A model generated the notes under the pieces. That model was not told where the DNA came from, ran no database searches, and saw only the letters and a program-made list of their open reading frames with translations. DNA of 64,000 nucleotides, taken from Moniliella sp. 'wahieum'. Taxonomy: Eukaryota. The stretch lies in NCBI GenBank assembly GCA_003971905.1, contig RSEE01000008.1:434001-498000 (forward strand), in the 5' to 3' direction. Position 1 is the stretch's first letter, and each line of letters starts with the position of its first letter. The translations under genes and the position numbers were made by a program. Positions 36,977 to 49,609 of this stretch are shown here, one piece after another.

Positions 36977-39900
36977 ATGGCCCACTCCTTGTCCACGCCC
37001 GTGCCGGCGTCCATGGCCACCGCCATGGCTGCCTCCGCCCCAGCCCTTGTCCATCCCCGCCCTCCGCCCCACCCCAGCCGGCCCCAGACCCCACCCCGGC
37101 GTCTGCATCCCCGCCTGCATCTGTCCCTGATCCCGCGTCCGTGTCGGCACGCGCATTCGAGCAACCCCTCCACCCCTCTCCCCCCACCGCCACCGCCGCC
37201 TCTCGCCCTCATCGTGCCACCGCACAGCCCGTGCTCGTCTCGCCTCCGACCGCATCCGCATCGCCCCTCCCGCATTCGCCCCGCAACTTGATTGCCGCCG
37301 CCGTCGCTTCCCTCGGTGCCCAAGGCATCGATCCTCGCACTGCCACTGCCTTGATCCAAAGCGGCATCCCCATCACCAGCTCTGCTGCCATGCAATACTT
37401 TGGAGCGGCCCCCACCCGCCCCCAGGTTCTGTTTGGCAACTACCTTCTTCTCCAGACCCTGGGCGAGGGCGAGTTCGGCAAGGTCAAGCTGGGTGTCCAC
37501 AAGACTTTCGGGGAAGAGGTCGCGGTCAAACTGATTCGCCGTGATCGCGTACCAAGCATTGCAGCCAGTCGCTCTCTCAACTCGGAGCACGGCTCCCAGC
37601 GTCCGTCCAAGATCGATCGTGAGATCCAGGTGCTACGCTCTGTCCGACACCCCAACATTGTCCGTCTCTATGAGGTCGTCGAGTCGGACCGCTACATAGG
37701 CATTGTCCTTGAGTATGCCTCGGGTACGTATTTCCCCCTTGTGGGTTCCTGTTGCGGTCGAGGTGAATGCGATGGCTGACGTGTGTGCCAGGCGGCGAGC
37801 TCTTCGATCACATTCTCGCCCACAAGTACCTCCGTGAGAAGGATGCCTGTCGTATGTTTGCTCAGCTTCTCAGCGGTGTTCACTACCTGCATCAAAAGCG
37901 CATCGTGCACCGCGATCTAAAGCTTGAAAACTTGCTTCTCGACCGCAATCGCAACGTCATCATCACCGACTTTGGGTTTGCCAACAACTTTGGCGATCAG
38001 GTTGACGATCTGATGAACACTTCTTGTGGCTCCCCCTGCTATGCTGCCCCCGAGCTCGTCGTGCAAGATGGGATGTACAACGGCGAAGCTGCTGACATTT
38101 GGTCGTGTGGCGTAATTCTGTATGCGATGCTTGCCGGTTATCTTCCCTTTGACGACGACCCCGCCAACCCTGATTCGAACAACATCAACCAGCTCTACCA
38201 CTACATTCTTTCCACCCCTCTTACCTTTCCGGACTACATTGCCCGTCTCCCCCGCGATCTGCTCCGTCGCATGCTTGTCCCCGATCCTTTGCGTCGGGCA
38301 GATATGAAGGACGTGATGAACCACCCTTGGCTCGCAGACTACCGCGACCTCTTTGCGTTTAGCCTTGAGGATCTGGAACGTGCCGCGTCGGAACAGCAGG
38401 CACGCAAACGGCAACTCTACCGGCACCAGATGATCCTCCAACAACAACTTCAAGCTCAGACTCAGCTCCCTCGGCGCTCCCTCTCCAATGGCCAGGCAAG
38501 CCAGCCCCCCGCGGCACGCAGCAAAGCAACTGGGGACATCCAAGACCCGGACATGAGCAATCGCCACACTGTTCGCCCTCACGTTGAGGCACCCATGGCG
38601 CCAGCTGACTTCGCATCCAAGGACAGAGGCGCTTCTGCTCGCTTTAACCGTCACACCGTCCAAGCAGAGTACATCAAGACGCCTGCCGATCCCGCACCGC
38701 TTCCTTCGTTCCCGTCTCTTCCCCAGGCATCTGCTATCCCTGAGACTTCCAACCAGCCTGCAACTTCCGCGCCGGCCTTGTTGGAGCCCGAAACCAAGGA
38801 TGTGGCCATGAACCCTGAGATGGGGACCGCGCCCGCCAAGCCCCGCCCTGCCCCGCAGGTGGCTGACTTTAGCCCTATTTCCGTGTCCGACCTGCCACTG
38901 CCGAACCCGGCCGAGGTGATGGAAAACCGGTCGGTTCACTTTTCGCCTCTTTCGTCGCCGCGCTCTTTACCCCAACAGACAAGTCACCCCTCGCTTCCCC
39001 CGGACGGACACGACCTCACGCCCAAGGCCACTGCGGCGCCCGTTGCCGGGCCCGAGGCTCCCAAGCAGACTGGGCCGCACCGTCCATCCGCATCGGGGTC
39101 CACTAGCCTCTCTACCTCGGCCCTTCTTGCCCACGAGGAGGCGCCCCAGTCCCCCCCTATGGTCGCGCCCGAAACACAGAAGAGTACCCCGCGTGTGCGG
39201 CCAGCCACTGCCCAGCCTAGTAGCAGCCCTGTTGCGCCCCGGCGGGAACGTTCGAGCTCATTGGACGCGAAGGCGAGCCATGCTGCTGCGCCGGTCACTG
39301 GACCCGGGCAGGCCAAACCGCAGATCTCGTTGCGTGCCTCCAAAAAGGACTCGGGCCGAGGAAGCCGGCGCGACTCGGTCTTTACTCGCTTCCTTTCTCC
39401 TCGAGCCTCCCCGCAGCCTAGTGGGCTTGCCCCGCCCGAAGCGCAAGCGCAAGCGCAAGCACAAGTACCGCCGTCCCAACGGCGCAGGAAGACCCTTTCC
39501 ATCCTCCCCAGTCGCAAGGCGGAGAAGGAGCGTCGGGCGGCGGTCGTGTCCGCGCAACCTATGTCTACTAACATGGCCACTTCCTCGTCCACCCCTCCCT
39601 CTACCTCGGCCCCCGACACGCCTGCCCCGATTGGATCCAAGGATTCCACCTCGGGCACGAAGCGGGTCATGGACTGGTTCCGCACCCGCTCGCTCCGGCC
39701 CGAGGTGCCTTCGGAGCCGACGGAATCGGGTTCGGACAACAAGTGGTCTGGTGCGCAGGAGGAGCGCACTGGATGGGCGCAACCGTCGAGTCGGGCGACA
39801 AGTGGGACGCACTCGGAGGTCAGTCGGGACACGGGTCTTACTGCACCCGACGATGCGCCAGGGGAGAAGCCGTTGGTGCCCAAGGTGGCACCGGCTGCGG

Positions 39901-40445
39901 AGCTGACCAAGCCCAGCAAACCATTTAGCGATGCCATGTTGCGCTACCACCATGGCGCGGTGGACCAGCGTGCGCTGTCTACGCTCGCGCCGCAGGAGAT
40001 GCTGGTGCGGGTGCGGGCGGCGCTGGCGAGCATGGGCATCGATTTCGGCCTGTCGACCGAGGAGGAATTCAAGTTGGACTGCCTTCGGCCTCGTCGGGGC
40101 GGGCGGGGCGGGCTGGGTGCATGGGGGACTACGTTGCGCACCAGTGTCTTTCCTCCGAGCCAAGCCGATTTGGAACGCGCGTCGCGTGCGTCGCGGGCGA
40201 ACGGACGGGTCATGCCATCTGCCACGCTGGGCAAGAAGGAGGAGCGGCCTGGCCCGGTCTATGGCCAGGCCAGCGTCGACAATGGCCAAGAAGTTCGCTT
40301 CTCGGTCGAGATTACCCGGCTGCAAAACTTGCCTGGCTTGTATTCGTTGGACATTCGCCGGATGCGGGGCAATGCGTGGGCATACAAGTTCTGCTACACT
40401 GCCCTGTTGCATCGCTGCGATCTGAGCCCCACCCCGACCCCGTAA
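36977..40445 (+). CDS. Ser/Thr protein kinase, CAMKL Kin4/Ppk1/KfsA-like, with a C-terminal KA1-like domain
   Basis: [31 protein letters not shown] and [14 protein letters not shown]. Intron 37724-37791. C-terminal [28 protein letters not shown]. One frameshift near the N-terminus. Confidence 0.95.
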
Positions 40446-41288
40446 AAGAGGAAAGCAAACGGCCTCTTATCCTCCCCCTCTCTCCATCGCACTTTTCTTT
40501 TGATTTGGGACATATCACGAGAGCACCTTCCCTTGCGCTCTTCCTACGACTCTCTTACCCGCCCTTGCTCTTTTTTTCTCCATCGTTGCGTGCAACTTTT
40601 TTGGTTTTGGCGGCTCTGTGAACATCGCCATTCCGTATGATTTCCCCCCCCTTGATTTGTTTTTACCCAACCCAGGGCCCGATCGGGGCCCTTTCTCACC
40701 GCTTGCTCCGTATTCCCACGCCTATGGATTCCCCACCCCGTATCTCTCTGCCGTTGATCCCTGTCTTCCCGTCTTCGGGCCCGTACCTTGCTTTTTGTCC
40801 TTGAGATGATCCTCGTCCCTGGTCTTCGTTCGCACCGCGCTCCCCCACACCGCCTTGTCGGGCGTCCTATATCCCTGTTTCTCACCTCTTCACGTTCTCG
40901 TGGTTTCACAGATGTCTACGGAAAAAATGTCGGTAGCGCTCCCGCTCAGGTCCGAATTGCCGCCATAACAGTAGAAATCTATCCATCGCTCTCGGAACGG
41001 AATAGAATGGGATGCCGAGTACAGGAGAGCGGTATAGGTTGAAGGCGTTGAAGCTTGAAGGAATGATTTTGGAGATGGTGTGGCCTACACCACCCGTCCC
41101 CCTTGCATATATGCAGCAACAGCACTCTGCCTCGGAGAGAGAGAGAACCAGAGAACCAGAGCGCACATATATAAGCTGCCGGCGTACAACCACTAAGAGA
41201 AAGCGCCCAGATATCTCGTCTCCGCCATCATCCTCCCCATCTATCCTCTCCGCCACATTACGGTTACAAGATGATCAGCAGCCTTGCC

Positions 41289-41563
41289 ATGTTGAGGGAG
41301 TACACGGGCCGTGCCACGCTCCGTGCGCCGGTGGCCACTGCTGTGGCTCGGACTGTCACCCCGTCGTCAGCAGGTCTGCGCCTCCGGCCCCTTCCCCCCG
41401 CTCAGGCAACGGCCCAGACCCCGACGCCGACCCATGCCCCGCCGCCGCCCGCGACCAACACACGCCCAATGCCAAACTCTCTACTCCTTTTGATGTGGGA
41501 TCAGTCAAGAGCTTTACGGCTCGCAAGGTCGTTACTTTTTCCACACTTGAGGAAGAGGCGTGA
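41289..41563 (+). CDS. Possible small hypothetical protein
   Basis: TATATAA at ~41168 and a CT-rich leader before ATG 41289. R/A/T-rich N-terminus resembling a mitochondrial presequence. Needs a frameshift near 41475 to reach the stop at 41563. Confidence 0.3.
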
Positions 41564-42628
41564 GTGGCACAGATGTGCCCCACCCAGGTCCTCCTTTGGG
41601 TGCTCTTCGGCCTTTTGATGGCTCATTGCCTCATGGGGGCGGGAGTTTGAGAGAGGGGGGGGTGCACTTTCCGCGCACTATTATACAAGACATACATTGG
41701 CTCTCCTCCTTACTGCGTCCGCGTCCTTATTACACACCCTCAAAAGCGTGTAGTGTTATGGTGCGCTCGATAAATGGGTTTTTGGTTTCCACCACCCCTT
41801 TGCTGCTCTTCTTCTTCGTGTCTCTTTTGCCACTATGGATCCCTTTTTTGTCCATCACACTTACTATCACCTTGATCTTGTGAAAAGCCTTGTTCATCGA
41901 CTTCATCTGTGAAAAGCCTTCATCGACTTCATCAGGTTCATCTTCACCCCCCACTCCCACCCTTTCTCCCCCCGGGCAAAGGAATCCGCATAGCGAACGC
42001 TCCTGCTTGAGATCTGTTGGAGGTCTGGTATGCGGTAGCGCGGATGCTGAAGGAGGAGTGGAATGGAGGATGTGGTTCTGAGGAGAGGTGCAGGAGGCGA
42101 TGAGAAGGATATAGGGCCTTACATAGCCGAGAGTACCGCGGAGCTGAGGGAGCATCCGGGCGGATAAGAGGGGGGATGCCTATCGCGCAGGAAGGCGTCA
42201 TTGGGGCATCGCCCCAACAGCGGATGCAATGGATCGCTTGATCGCTTGATATTGATATTGAGCGGGCGCCAAGGGAAAACTTATTGATCGCAATCGTCGG
42301 CAAGTCGATAGGTGATATAGGCTGTGACCATGTGACATGGGACCATGAGACATGTGACCATGTGACATATGATCTGGATAGCCTGCAGGGGACCAGGGTT
42401 GTCGTCCGTGCACCGTCGTGCACCCCCAATCCCCACACTGGTCCTAGGCCTCCTCCCACCGGCGTTGCCTGTCAGTACTCAGTGCGTGTGCCTAACATCT
42501 GACCGCTGAGGCCCGAACCGGCCAGGGCTACCATCGGCAGCGTATATATTGGCGGTCCAGGCAGTGCAGCCTCCGTTCTCGCCATCCCCCGTCCTCTCCA
42601 TCCCCCCTCCGCCTCCTCCGTCCCTACG

Positions 42629-44538
42629 ATGCTCGCGTCTCAGCTCGTCGTGCTCGCCTGTGCGGCCCTGGTTTCTGCGTCGCCCCTGCACAACCCCCAG
42701 ATCGAACTCGATGCGCTGGGCAACATGGTCTGGGACCTGGACGCCATCCCGACGTTGGCTCCTCTGCCTCTCAGTCCGGGTTCGCCACCGCCTCCCAGTC
42801 TTGGCCGGCCGACTTTTCCCGCCCGGCTCAGCAGGCAGAAGAGTTCGCTGAGATGATGGCTCGGATTGGGCAGATGCACGCTCCCACGATGCAGTCCGCC
42901 TCGGCCAAGAAGAACTGGCTCACGATGGCCTCGAAGCTGGGCCAGGCCCAGCGTGTCGCTTCGGGGTTCATTGTCCAGGGCCAGACGCAGGTGGGAAATG
43001 TAGTGTACAACCAAATCCTCCACCCGCTCTTCCCAGACTACGCTTTGCGCATCACGACCGACTCGAACGGCATCAACAACCTTCCCGACGCGACCAAGGA
43101 GGCCGTGCTGCACGCAAGGGGCAGTGGCGCCTTTTGTGACCCCAACGTCAAGTCCGTCTCGGGCTACCTTGATGTATCGGAGAGTCGTCATCTCTGGTTT
43201 ATTTTTTTCGAGTCGCGTGGAAAGCCTGGATCGGACCCGCTGGTGGTACGTCTACTTAGGTCTGCGTTGTTGTACAGATGAGAGAACATCAAGCTAACTC
43301 TCATACTCCTCCCACAGCTATGGCTAAACGGGGGTCCTGGCTGTTCCAGTTCGACCGGACTGTTATTTGAATTGGGCCCTTGCCGGATTGCTAACGAGAC
43401 AGGGGTGGAGGACAACCCCCACTCCTGGACCAATGTGGCCAACATGATCTTCCTCGACCAACCCGCAACGAGTGTGGGCTATTCGTACAGTGACGAGCCG
43501 GGTGTGATCAACAATACTCCCGAGGCGGCGGTGGACGTGTACGCGTTCCTCCAGCTCTTCTTTGCTAAGTTCCCTCACTACGCCACGCTGGACTTTAGTA
43601 TCGCCGCCGAGTCGTACGGCGGGATCTACGCCCCCCACTTTAGCAACTACATTTGGAAAAAGAACCAAGAGTTAGATGCGGCCACTTCGGTGACTACGAC
43701 TACGCCCCAGCCGCTGCTGATCAAGCTCGAGAGCGTAATCATTGGTAACGGGTTGACGGCACCGGCGATTCAGTTTCCTGCGGCCGTGAACTTTGCCTGT
43801 GGAGCGGAAAACAAGTACCACATGTTTGATCCCGACAGCCAGACCTGTTCGGACTTGGCCTCCAAGGCGGACCTTTGCGCCACGCTGATCCAAGAGTGCT
43901 CCAAGTACGACTCGCCGTTGATTTGCACGCCAGCGGCGCTGGTCTGTTGGGCCGGGATCTACTGGCCGCTGCAGCAGACAGGACTGAACCTGTACGATGT
44001 CCGGCGCTCGTGCGACCGCTCACCCGAAAAGGATGGCCCACTGTGTTACAAGGAATTGGAGTACGTGCAATCCTACCTCAACCTCCCGGGCGTCAAGGCA
44101 TCGCTCGGCGTGCCGGACTCGGTCGAGTTCCAGAGCTGCAACATGAAGGTCAATGGCGCGTTCCTCCTGCACGGGGACAATATGCACGATGCGTCGGAAC
44201 TGCTGCTGCCATTGGTGGAGGATGGGGTGCGGGTGTTGATCTATGCCGGCGTGACCGACGCGATGTGCCCGGCAATTGGGATCGAGTGGTGGGTAGCAAA
44301 CTTTCCCTCGGTGCTGCAGGAAGAGTATGCGCGCAACGACGAGAAGGAGTGGCAAGTGGGAGGAAAGTCAGTGGGCACGGTACGCGCTGCAAGCCACAAG
44401 AGGGGGCCCAAGTCGTTTGGCGATTTGGCCTATGTCAATGTATGGGACGCAGGTCACATGGTCCCGTTTGATGCGCCCCAAGCCGCGCTGGACCTCTTCT
44501 CCCACTGGCTCCGTAACAAGCCGCTTTCCACTGCCTGA
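42629..44538 (+). CDS. Serine carboxypeptidase S10 (carboxypeptidase Y-like), with signal peptide and propeptide
   Basis: Signal MLASQLVVLACAALVSA, then SGYLDV..RHLWFIFFESR. Intron 43246-43317 gives LWLNGGPGCSS. Also FLDQP, AESYGG (Ser), D in YAGVTDAMC, and AGHMVP (His). Confidence 0.95.
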
Positions 44539-44772
44539 GCGCGGCCGACGGGGTGCAGCGGTTCGGCCTGCACATGCTCACGCAGCCTGTGCGAGGGCGT
44601 TGAGGTGCGCAATGCCGATGGTGGCAGTGCGTGGGGACACGGATGGATGCGAGGCTGGAGGTGGTGGTTGGTCTGGCGATGATCGATGAAGCTCTCACTG
44701 AGCCGAGAATCCATGTATTCCGCGGTGATTCTGTACCCCCTCCGTGGTATTCCGTAGCTTGGATTCCGTGGC

Positions 44773-44946
44773 ATACCGTGTTCATACCGTGTTACCGTGC
44801 CCATACCGTGTTCATACCGTGCTGGTACCGTGTTCATACCGTGCTCGCACCGTGTTCATACCGTGCTGGTACCGTGCTGGTACCGTACCTATACCGTGTC
44901 CATACCGGGCCAATACCGTGCCTATATACCGTGTTCATACCGTGTT
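44773..44946. repeat. ~11-bp minisatellite (ATACCGTGTTC/GTACCGTGCTG), ~16 units
   Basis: Directly visible, with more degenerate TCCG units leading into it from ~44718. Confidence 0.92.
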
Positions 44947-45598
44947 GACTTCAAGGCGAAGGAATTGATTAAGACGCTGAGCTTGTACAAAGGCAACGGA
45001 GCTACCGACGGTGGCACCGTCTTCAAGCGCGTTGAGGTCAAGGCCAACAAAACTCATCATGGTTATCGGACGGATCGCTGGGAAGTGCAGGGGGTACCGG
45101 CTCTACTCAATCCCGAGTTCGAAAAAGCCGTCCCGCGCAACCCGGTGCCAACTACTTGGCAGATGCCGATGACGGTGATGGTGGAGGGATACAAGTACTA
45201 CTGGCACATGGTCAGTGAGAGCTAACAGGCGGTGGTGTCGCTAGATCATAGTGTGGAGTCCATCTAATCCACGGCACTGCAACAAGTAACAGAGAAAAAG
45301 GAGTAGCCCAATCTGTGGCTGTTTCCACTACTAACATGATTCATGTTCTCTGGATATACTCGGGACCATCGAAAATAGTGTAAAAGAGCCCTGCATAGTA
45401 CAAGTGAGCCAAATAGGTTCAACTCATCAACCACATCAAGATGCATTGTATTATTATCGTGGTTCTCAAAAGCTAATGACCGTGCATGCCTCAGTGCGGA
45501 CTGGTATATACAGAGTAACTACAATCCCAGTGTGGCGTCCTTCTTTTCTCGTCCAACCTCGACAACCAAGCAAAGAGGCGGAGAGGAGAAATACTTGT

Positions 45599-47643
45599 TC
45601 AATGGACAAATCGGAAGTCCAGACGCTCGTTGCCCTTGTCCTCTGTGGTCTTGATGTAGTGCGCCTTGTCGGTGGCCGACATGCGGCCCCAGACCTTGTC
45701 CCTCTTCTTGTTGAGCAAGACGTAGAAGAGCTTCGTGCCGCCATAGAGGAAGAAGTTGATGGTGCAGACTGCCAACAAGCCGGCATTGGCGTGCCGGTAG
45801 CCATCTTTCTCATCCGAGGGGCGGTACACTTGACTCCCGATGATGGAGGTGATCTGGACAGAGATGTTGTACATGCTGGTGGCCACCGTGCGTGTGGCTA
45901 CATCACCAGAATTGGCGCTGACCCAGGACGCTTGGATCGCATGCACATACGGTGCCGACAGCGCAGTGGTCACCACCGCATAGTACTTCCACGCGTATTG
46001 TTTGTGCCCACTGGTCGTTCCCGATGGCATCGCCAAAAGCGCCACCAGGCACGGCCACGCCCACATATCCTCTGTCATGCACAGCAGGGTTCTTTGATTG
46101 AACTGTTCCGCCAGGATGCGCGACCGTCAAGCCAGTAAAGACCTGGACAAGGTTGTTGACGCTAGACAAGGTCTGGGTGACAACCGTCGAGAAGCCCAAC
46201 TTCTTCAGGTTGATGGTCAAATACGCGTTGATGGGTGAGGTGGGCAGGCCAAAACTGACCCCGATCACATACATGGGCCACATGCGGTAGTTGCTGACGG
46301 CGCGCCACAAGCTCTTGCGGTCCAAGCCTTGTCGGTTGTGCATCGATGACTTTTGCGGCTCATCGCGCAGGATGCGCGCAACGGCAATCTTAGCTTGCCG
46401 CTCGTTCAGGAACCCGTACGACTTGCCCGGACGAGCAGTTTGAGAGGGGGATGCAGGCATCACGTAAAACGCCACAAACGAGACCAAGATGGTCAGAAGC
46501 CCCCCGAGCAAAAAGACCCAGTAAGGTGCCGGGTAGCCAGGCACCGACTTGATTTGCAAAAAACCCAAATTGATGTAGTTGGCCAAGAATAAAGTAAAGT
46601 TGAGAACACACCAAAAGAGACCAAGCGGGTAGTGAGTTCCGAGCCACGGTAAAAGAAACTGAGCAGCAGCACTTGAAAAGCGAGAGAATCACAGGTTAGG
46701 GCGATGCAGACATGGTTATTGTCAACGGGGGCAGGTTTAGAGACGTACAAATGTCAGGGATGAAGGAACCTTGGCACAATCCCAACGCGGCACGCAAAAC
46801 AAAGAAACTCTTGCGACCTTTGATGAAGAACTGGCAGGCCGTTACTACGCCCAGGCAAACATTTGGAAGGGGATAAAACGATCGGGGCCGACACGCTTCG
46901 ACAAGAGCTGTCCGGGCAACTCGGCGCTCAGGAAAGCAAGGTAAAAGATGGTTTGGCCGTTGTTGAAGTCTTTGTAGTTGAGATTGCTGTGTTGGAGAAA
47001 TCCAGCCGAATTGGCACTGGAAATGTTGGAACGGTCTGAAGAAGCGGCGAGTTAGGCGACTGGTTTGGTAACAACAAGGGATGGTGCACTTACCGAGATT
47101 GAGTAGGGCAAAAAAGAGAGCACACCATGCAAAGACGTTCAAATCAATCTTGCGAATCACTTGGGCCTCTTCCCTCCAGGTCCAGCGAAGGCTTGGGTCC
47201 CAGTTCTTCTTGTTCTCCCAACTGTCAGGGGTTCGTACACAGAGCATAGCTCCGGAATGTCAAACACACTCGGTGGGTGGCAGTGCTGTCCAAGTCCCGG
47301 GGTGCCGGGCGGTTTTTGCGAGGTCGGAGATAGTCCAAGATCTTGCTCGCTACAGGCGGGTCTGGGGACAAGGTGGGATCGATTTTGAGAAGCTCTTGCG
47401 CCTCTGCTTCGGTCAGACCACCCACCCGTGTCGTTGTCACCACCTCGTTAACTCCCTCTGAGGAGGGAGAGGGAGAAGCGCCGTCGGAATAGGCATCGTG
47501 CCTTTGGTCGAGATGGCATCCTTGTTAATGATGCTCTCCTGGTCGAAGTCCTCCCTTTGCGTCTGCCCTAGCTGAGGCATGATGTCCTCCGACTCGGCTG
47601 GGTTGACGTCGCGGACGTCGATGGTGGCCTTACCCCCAGACAT
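45599..47643 (-). CDS. MFS anion:cation symporter (allantoate permease family), Soa1/AstA-like; frameshifted
   Basis: WDPSLRWTWREEAQVIRKID, LDRSNIS, ELPGQLLSKRVGPDRFIP, QGSFIPDI..LSFFY..ELTTRL, ILRDEPQKSSMHNRQ and C-terminal GNERLDFRFVH. Introns 47036-47093 and 46672-46748. Confidence 0.88.
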
Positions 47644-49609
47644 GATGAAGTATGAGGAGTAACCTTAAGTGTGGAGGTGGGTTGAGTGCGAGAAAAGGGG
47701 GTGTGGAAGCGTTGGAAGAGATGGAAAAGGAGCTTGATCCGCCGTAGGTTATATACAGCAGAATTTACAGGAGAGAGCAGGGGTATCCTTTTGCGTCAAG
47801 CTCGCCATTGAACCGTGTGGCGAGCGCTACGGTCGCGACTTGTCCTGCGTCCTCAGTGTGACCGTTTTCAGATGCGGCTGAGCTCGGTGCCTGGATGGTG
47901 TAGGAGATAGAGTTGCGGACCTAACTCGTTGCCTCTACCTGGCACCAACACCCATATTGGTGTCAGCTAGCGTGCAGTCCCGGACATTTTTGGGGCTTTT
48001 CCTCCAGAAGTCGCTTTGTATCATACGGCTGCTGTGCTCATGGTGCTCCCCACAGCGCCCTGGGGCAGGCAGCAAGAGCGCCTCAGGGGGTAACCAAAAA
48101 CACGTAAGGGAAAACTGAACAACCTAGGCAAGAGATGACTGACATTACCGCTTAACCACTGTTCCACTGTTGCATGTTACACTGTTATCGACAGCAACAG
48201 GACCACACACGCACGCCATCTGTACACGATGCATGGAATACAGCGGTAGCTCCGGTAACTGTGTGATGCTTGGCCAATTTTATCTCGTTCCCACAGCAGG
48301 ACTTGTTCCGGACGCACGCAGTCATCGTATTTCCGCCTCATGGGCCCTTGGGCTGGCCCGTCGGAAGGCTTCACTTGACTGATGCCCCACCACTGTCGGG
48401 TCATCGATCTCACCGGTCTCCCTGCTCAGGATGACGATCTTTGCGACCTCCCCCAGCGGGAGAGCACGCTAGCGAGCAGGTGCAATCATTAATCAACGCG
48501 CTCACGGTGAGCACTACGCCAGACTGCGCTCGTAGGGGCGTGTCCTTGGTGCCGGTGCCGGTGATCGCACAATCGGTGCGCATGATGCATTACAACGTTG
48601 GGCGCTTAATGTTTAACCGCGGTGTCGGTCACCGGTTTCCATCAGGCAGTTGCTCAGTACTGCGCGCCCGATGCGCCGCTCTTGCTTGTGGTGGCGAATG
48701 CTGCTGGCCACCTTGCTTGTGGGCGCGAGCAGGGGCCCAATGTGCCCCCTGAAGCCGGGAAGCGTCAGCGTCAGCCTCAGCGCAGGACGCCATGTGAGGG
48801 GTGCGTGCTTCCTCCAGACGATTCAACGCACAGCAGAGACGACGCCGCAGACAAGGGAGCACGACATCGCGTCTGGGTTCTGGGCAATGCGTACGCTGCT
48901 TTTTCAACATTTCATCCACCTCTCCGTCTCCCGGCCGCACCAGTGCCACCTGCCCTGCCGCCCCACCCGAGCGGAGTTGCTCAAACAGCATACCCGAATT
49001 AAACGCCTCCGCCGGCGCCACCGCCTTGCCCAAGACGCAATTTCCTCCAGGTGAACGTTGAAGACGTTGAAGCAGCAAGAATGGCCAATGTCCGGATGGC
49101 CGCAATCCCTCTCACGGACGCGTGAGTGGCACGAGACGCATGACGCGGCGCTAGTTGAAGTTGTGGCGTACTCTGTGCGCGTTTTACGGCCGGCTAGAAT
49201 ACAGAGCAGCCTGAGGGACGCCATATATTTTCGGTCTGCCACCCGGAACTTATCACTCTCCAATCTCATCGATCCCCATCTCTGCGGGACTCTGGTAACC
49301 GGTAACCGGTAACCATCCTTCTGTTCTGGGTGACGAGGAGCAACATCAAGCATCCCAGTTCATCAATATGAATGTGTGGAGTAGGAGGGTAAAGGTGGAA
49401 TAAAAAGTTAGGTTGGTGTGAAAACGAGAAACATACATATGGGACGAGGCTGGCTCCAGTCCAGTTCTCCATCTCAACTTCATCGAGATGAACTTGATCG
49501 ACTTGATCGATCATCGGCACCACCGCCAGACCTGATAAATATCAAGCATGGGCCCTTGACAAGCGCGCGCATGCAGCATGGGCCTTCCACAAGGAGGGGT
49601 CACCGGTCA

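Noticed and set aside
37917..40412. Long antisense ORFs within the kinase gene, and similar ones in the cyclin, GNAT and NST1 genes
   Set aside because: Expected in GC-rich coding DNA; no recognisable motifs.
44773..44946. CRISPR-like array
   Set aside because: The units are contiguous 11-mers with no unique spacers, the context is eukaryotic, and there are no cas genes.
45241..45271. Helitron 3' end (GTGGA..TCCAC hairpin plus CTAG on the minus strand)
   Set aside because: The stem is only 5 bp with a 10-nt loop, and no matching 5' end or Rep/helicase sequence was found.
21031..47643. Sulfur-metabolism gene cluster (MetR-like bZIP, dioxygenase, Soa1-like permease)
   Set aside because: The dioxygenase is PhyH-type, not TauD. 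The permease is ~23 kb away with unrelated housekeeping genes in between, and its promoter has only weak CYS-3-like matches.
47980..48010. Sm-site-like ATTTTTG followed by a weak hairpin (snRNA?)
   Set aside because: No U1/U2/U4/U5 hallmark sequence nearby. I recognised no tRNA, rRNA or snRNA anywhere in the window.
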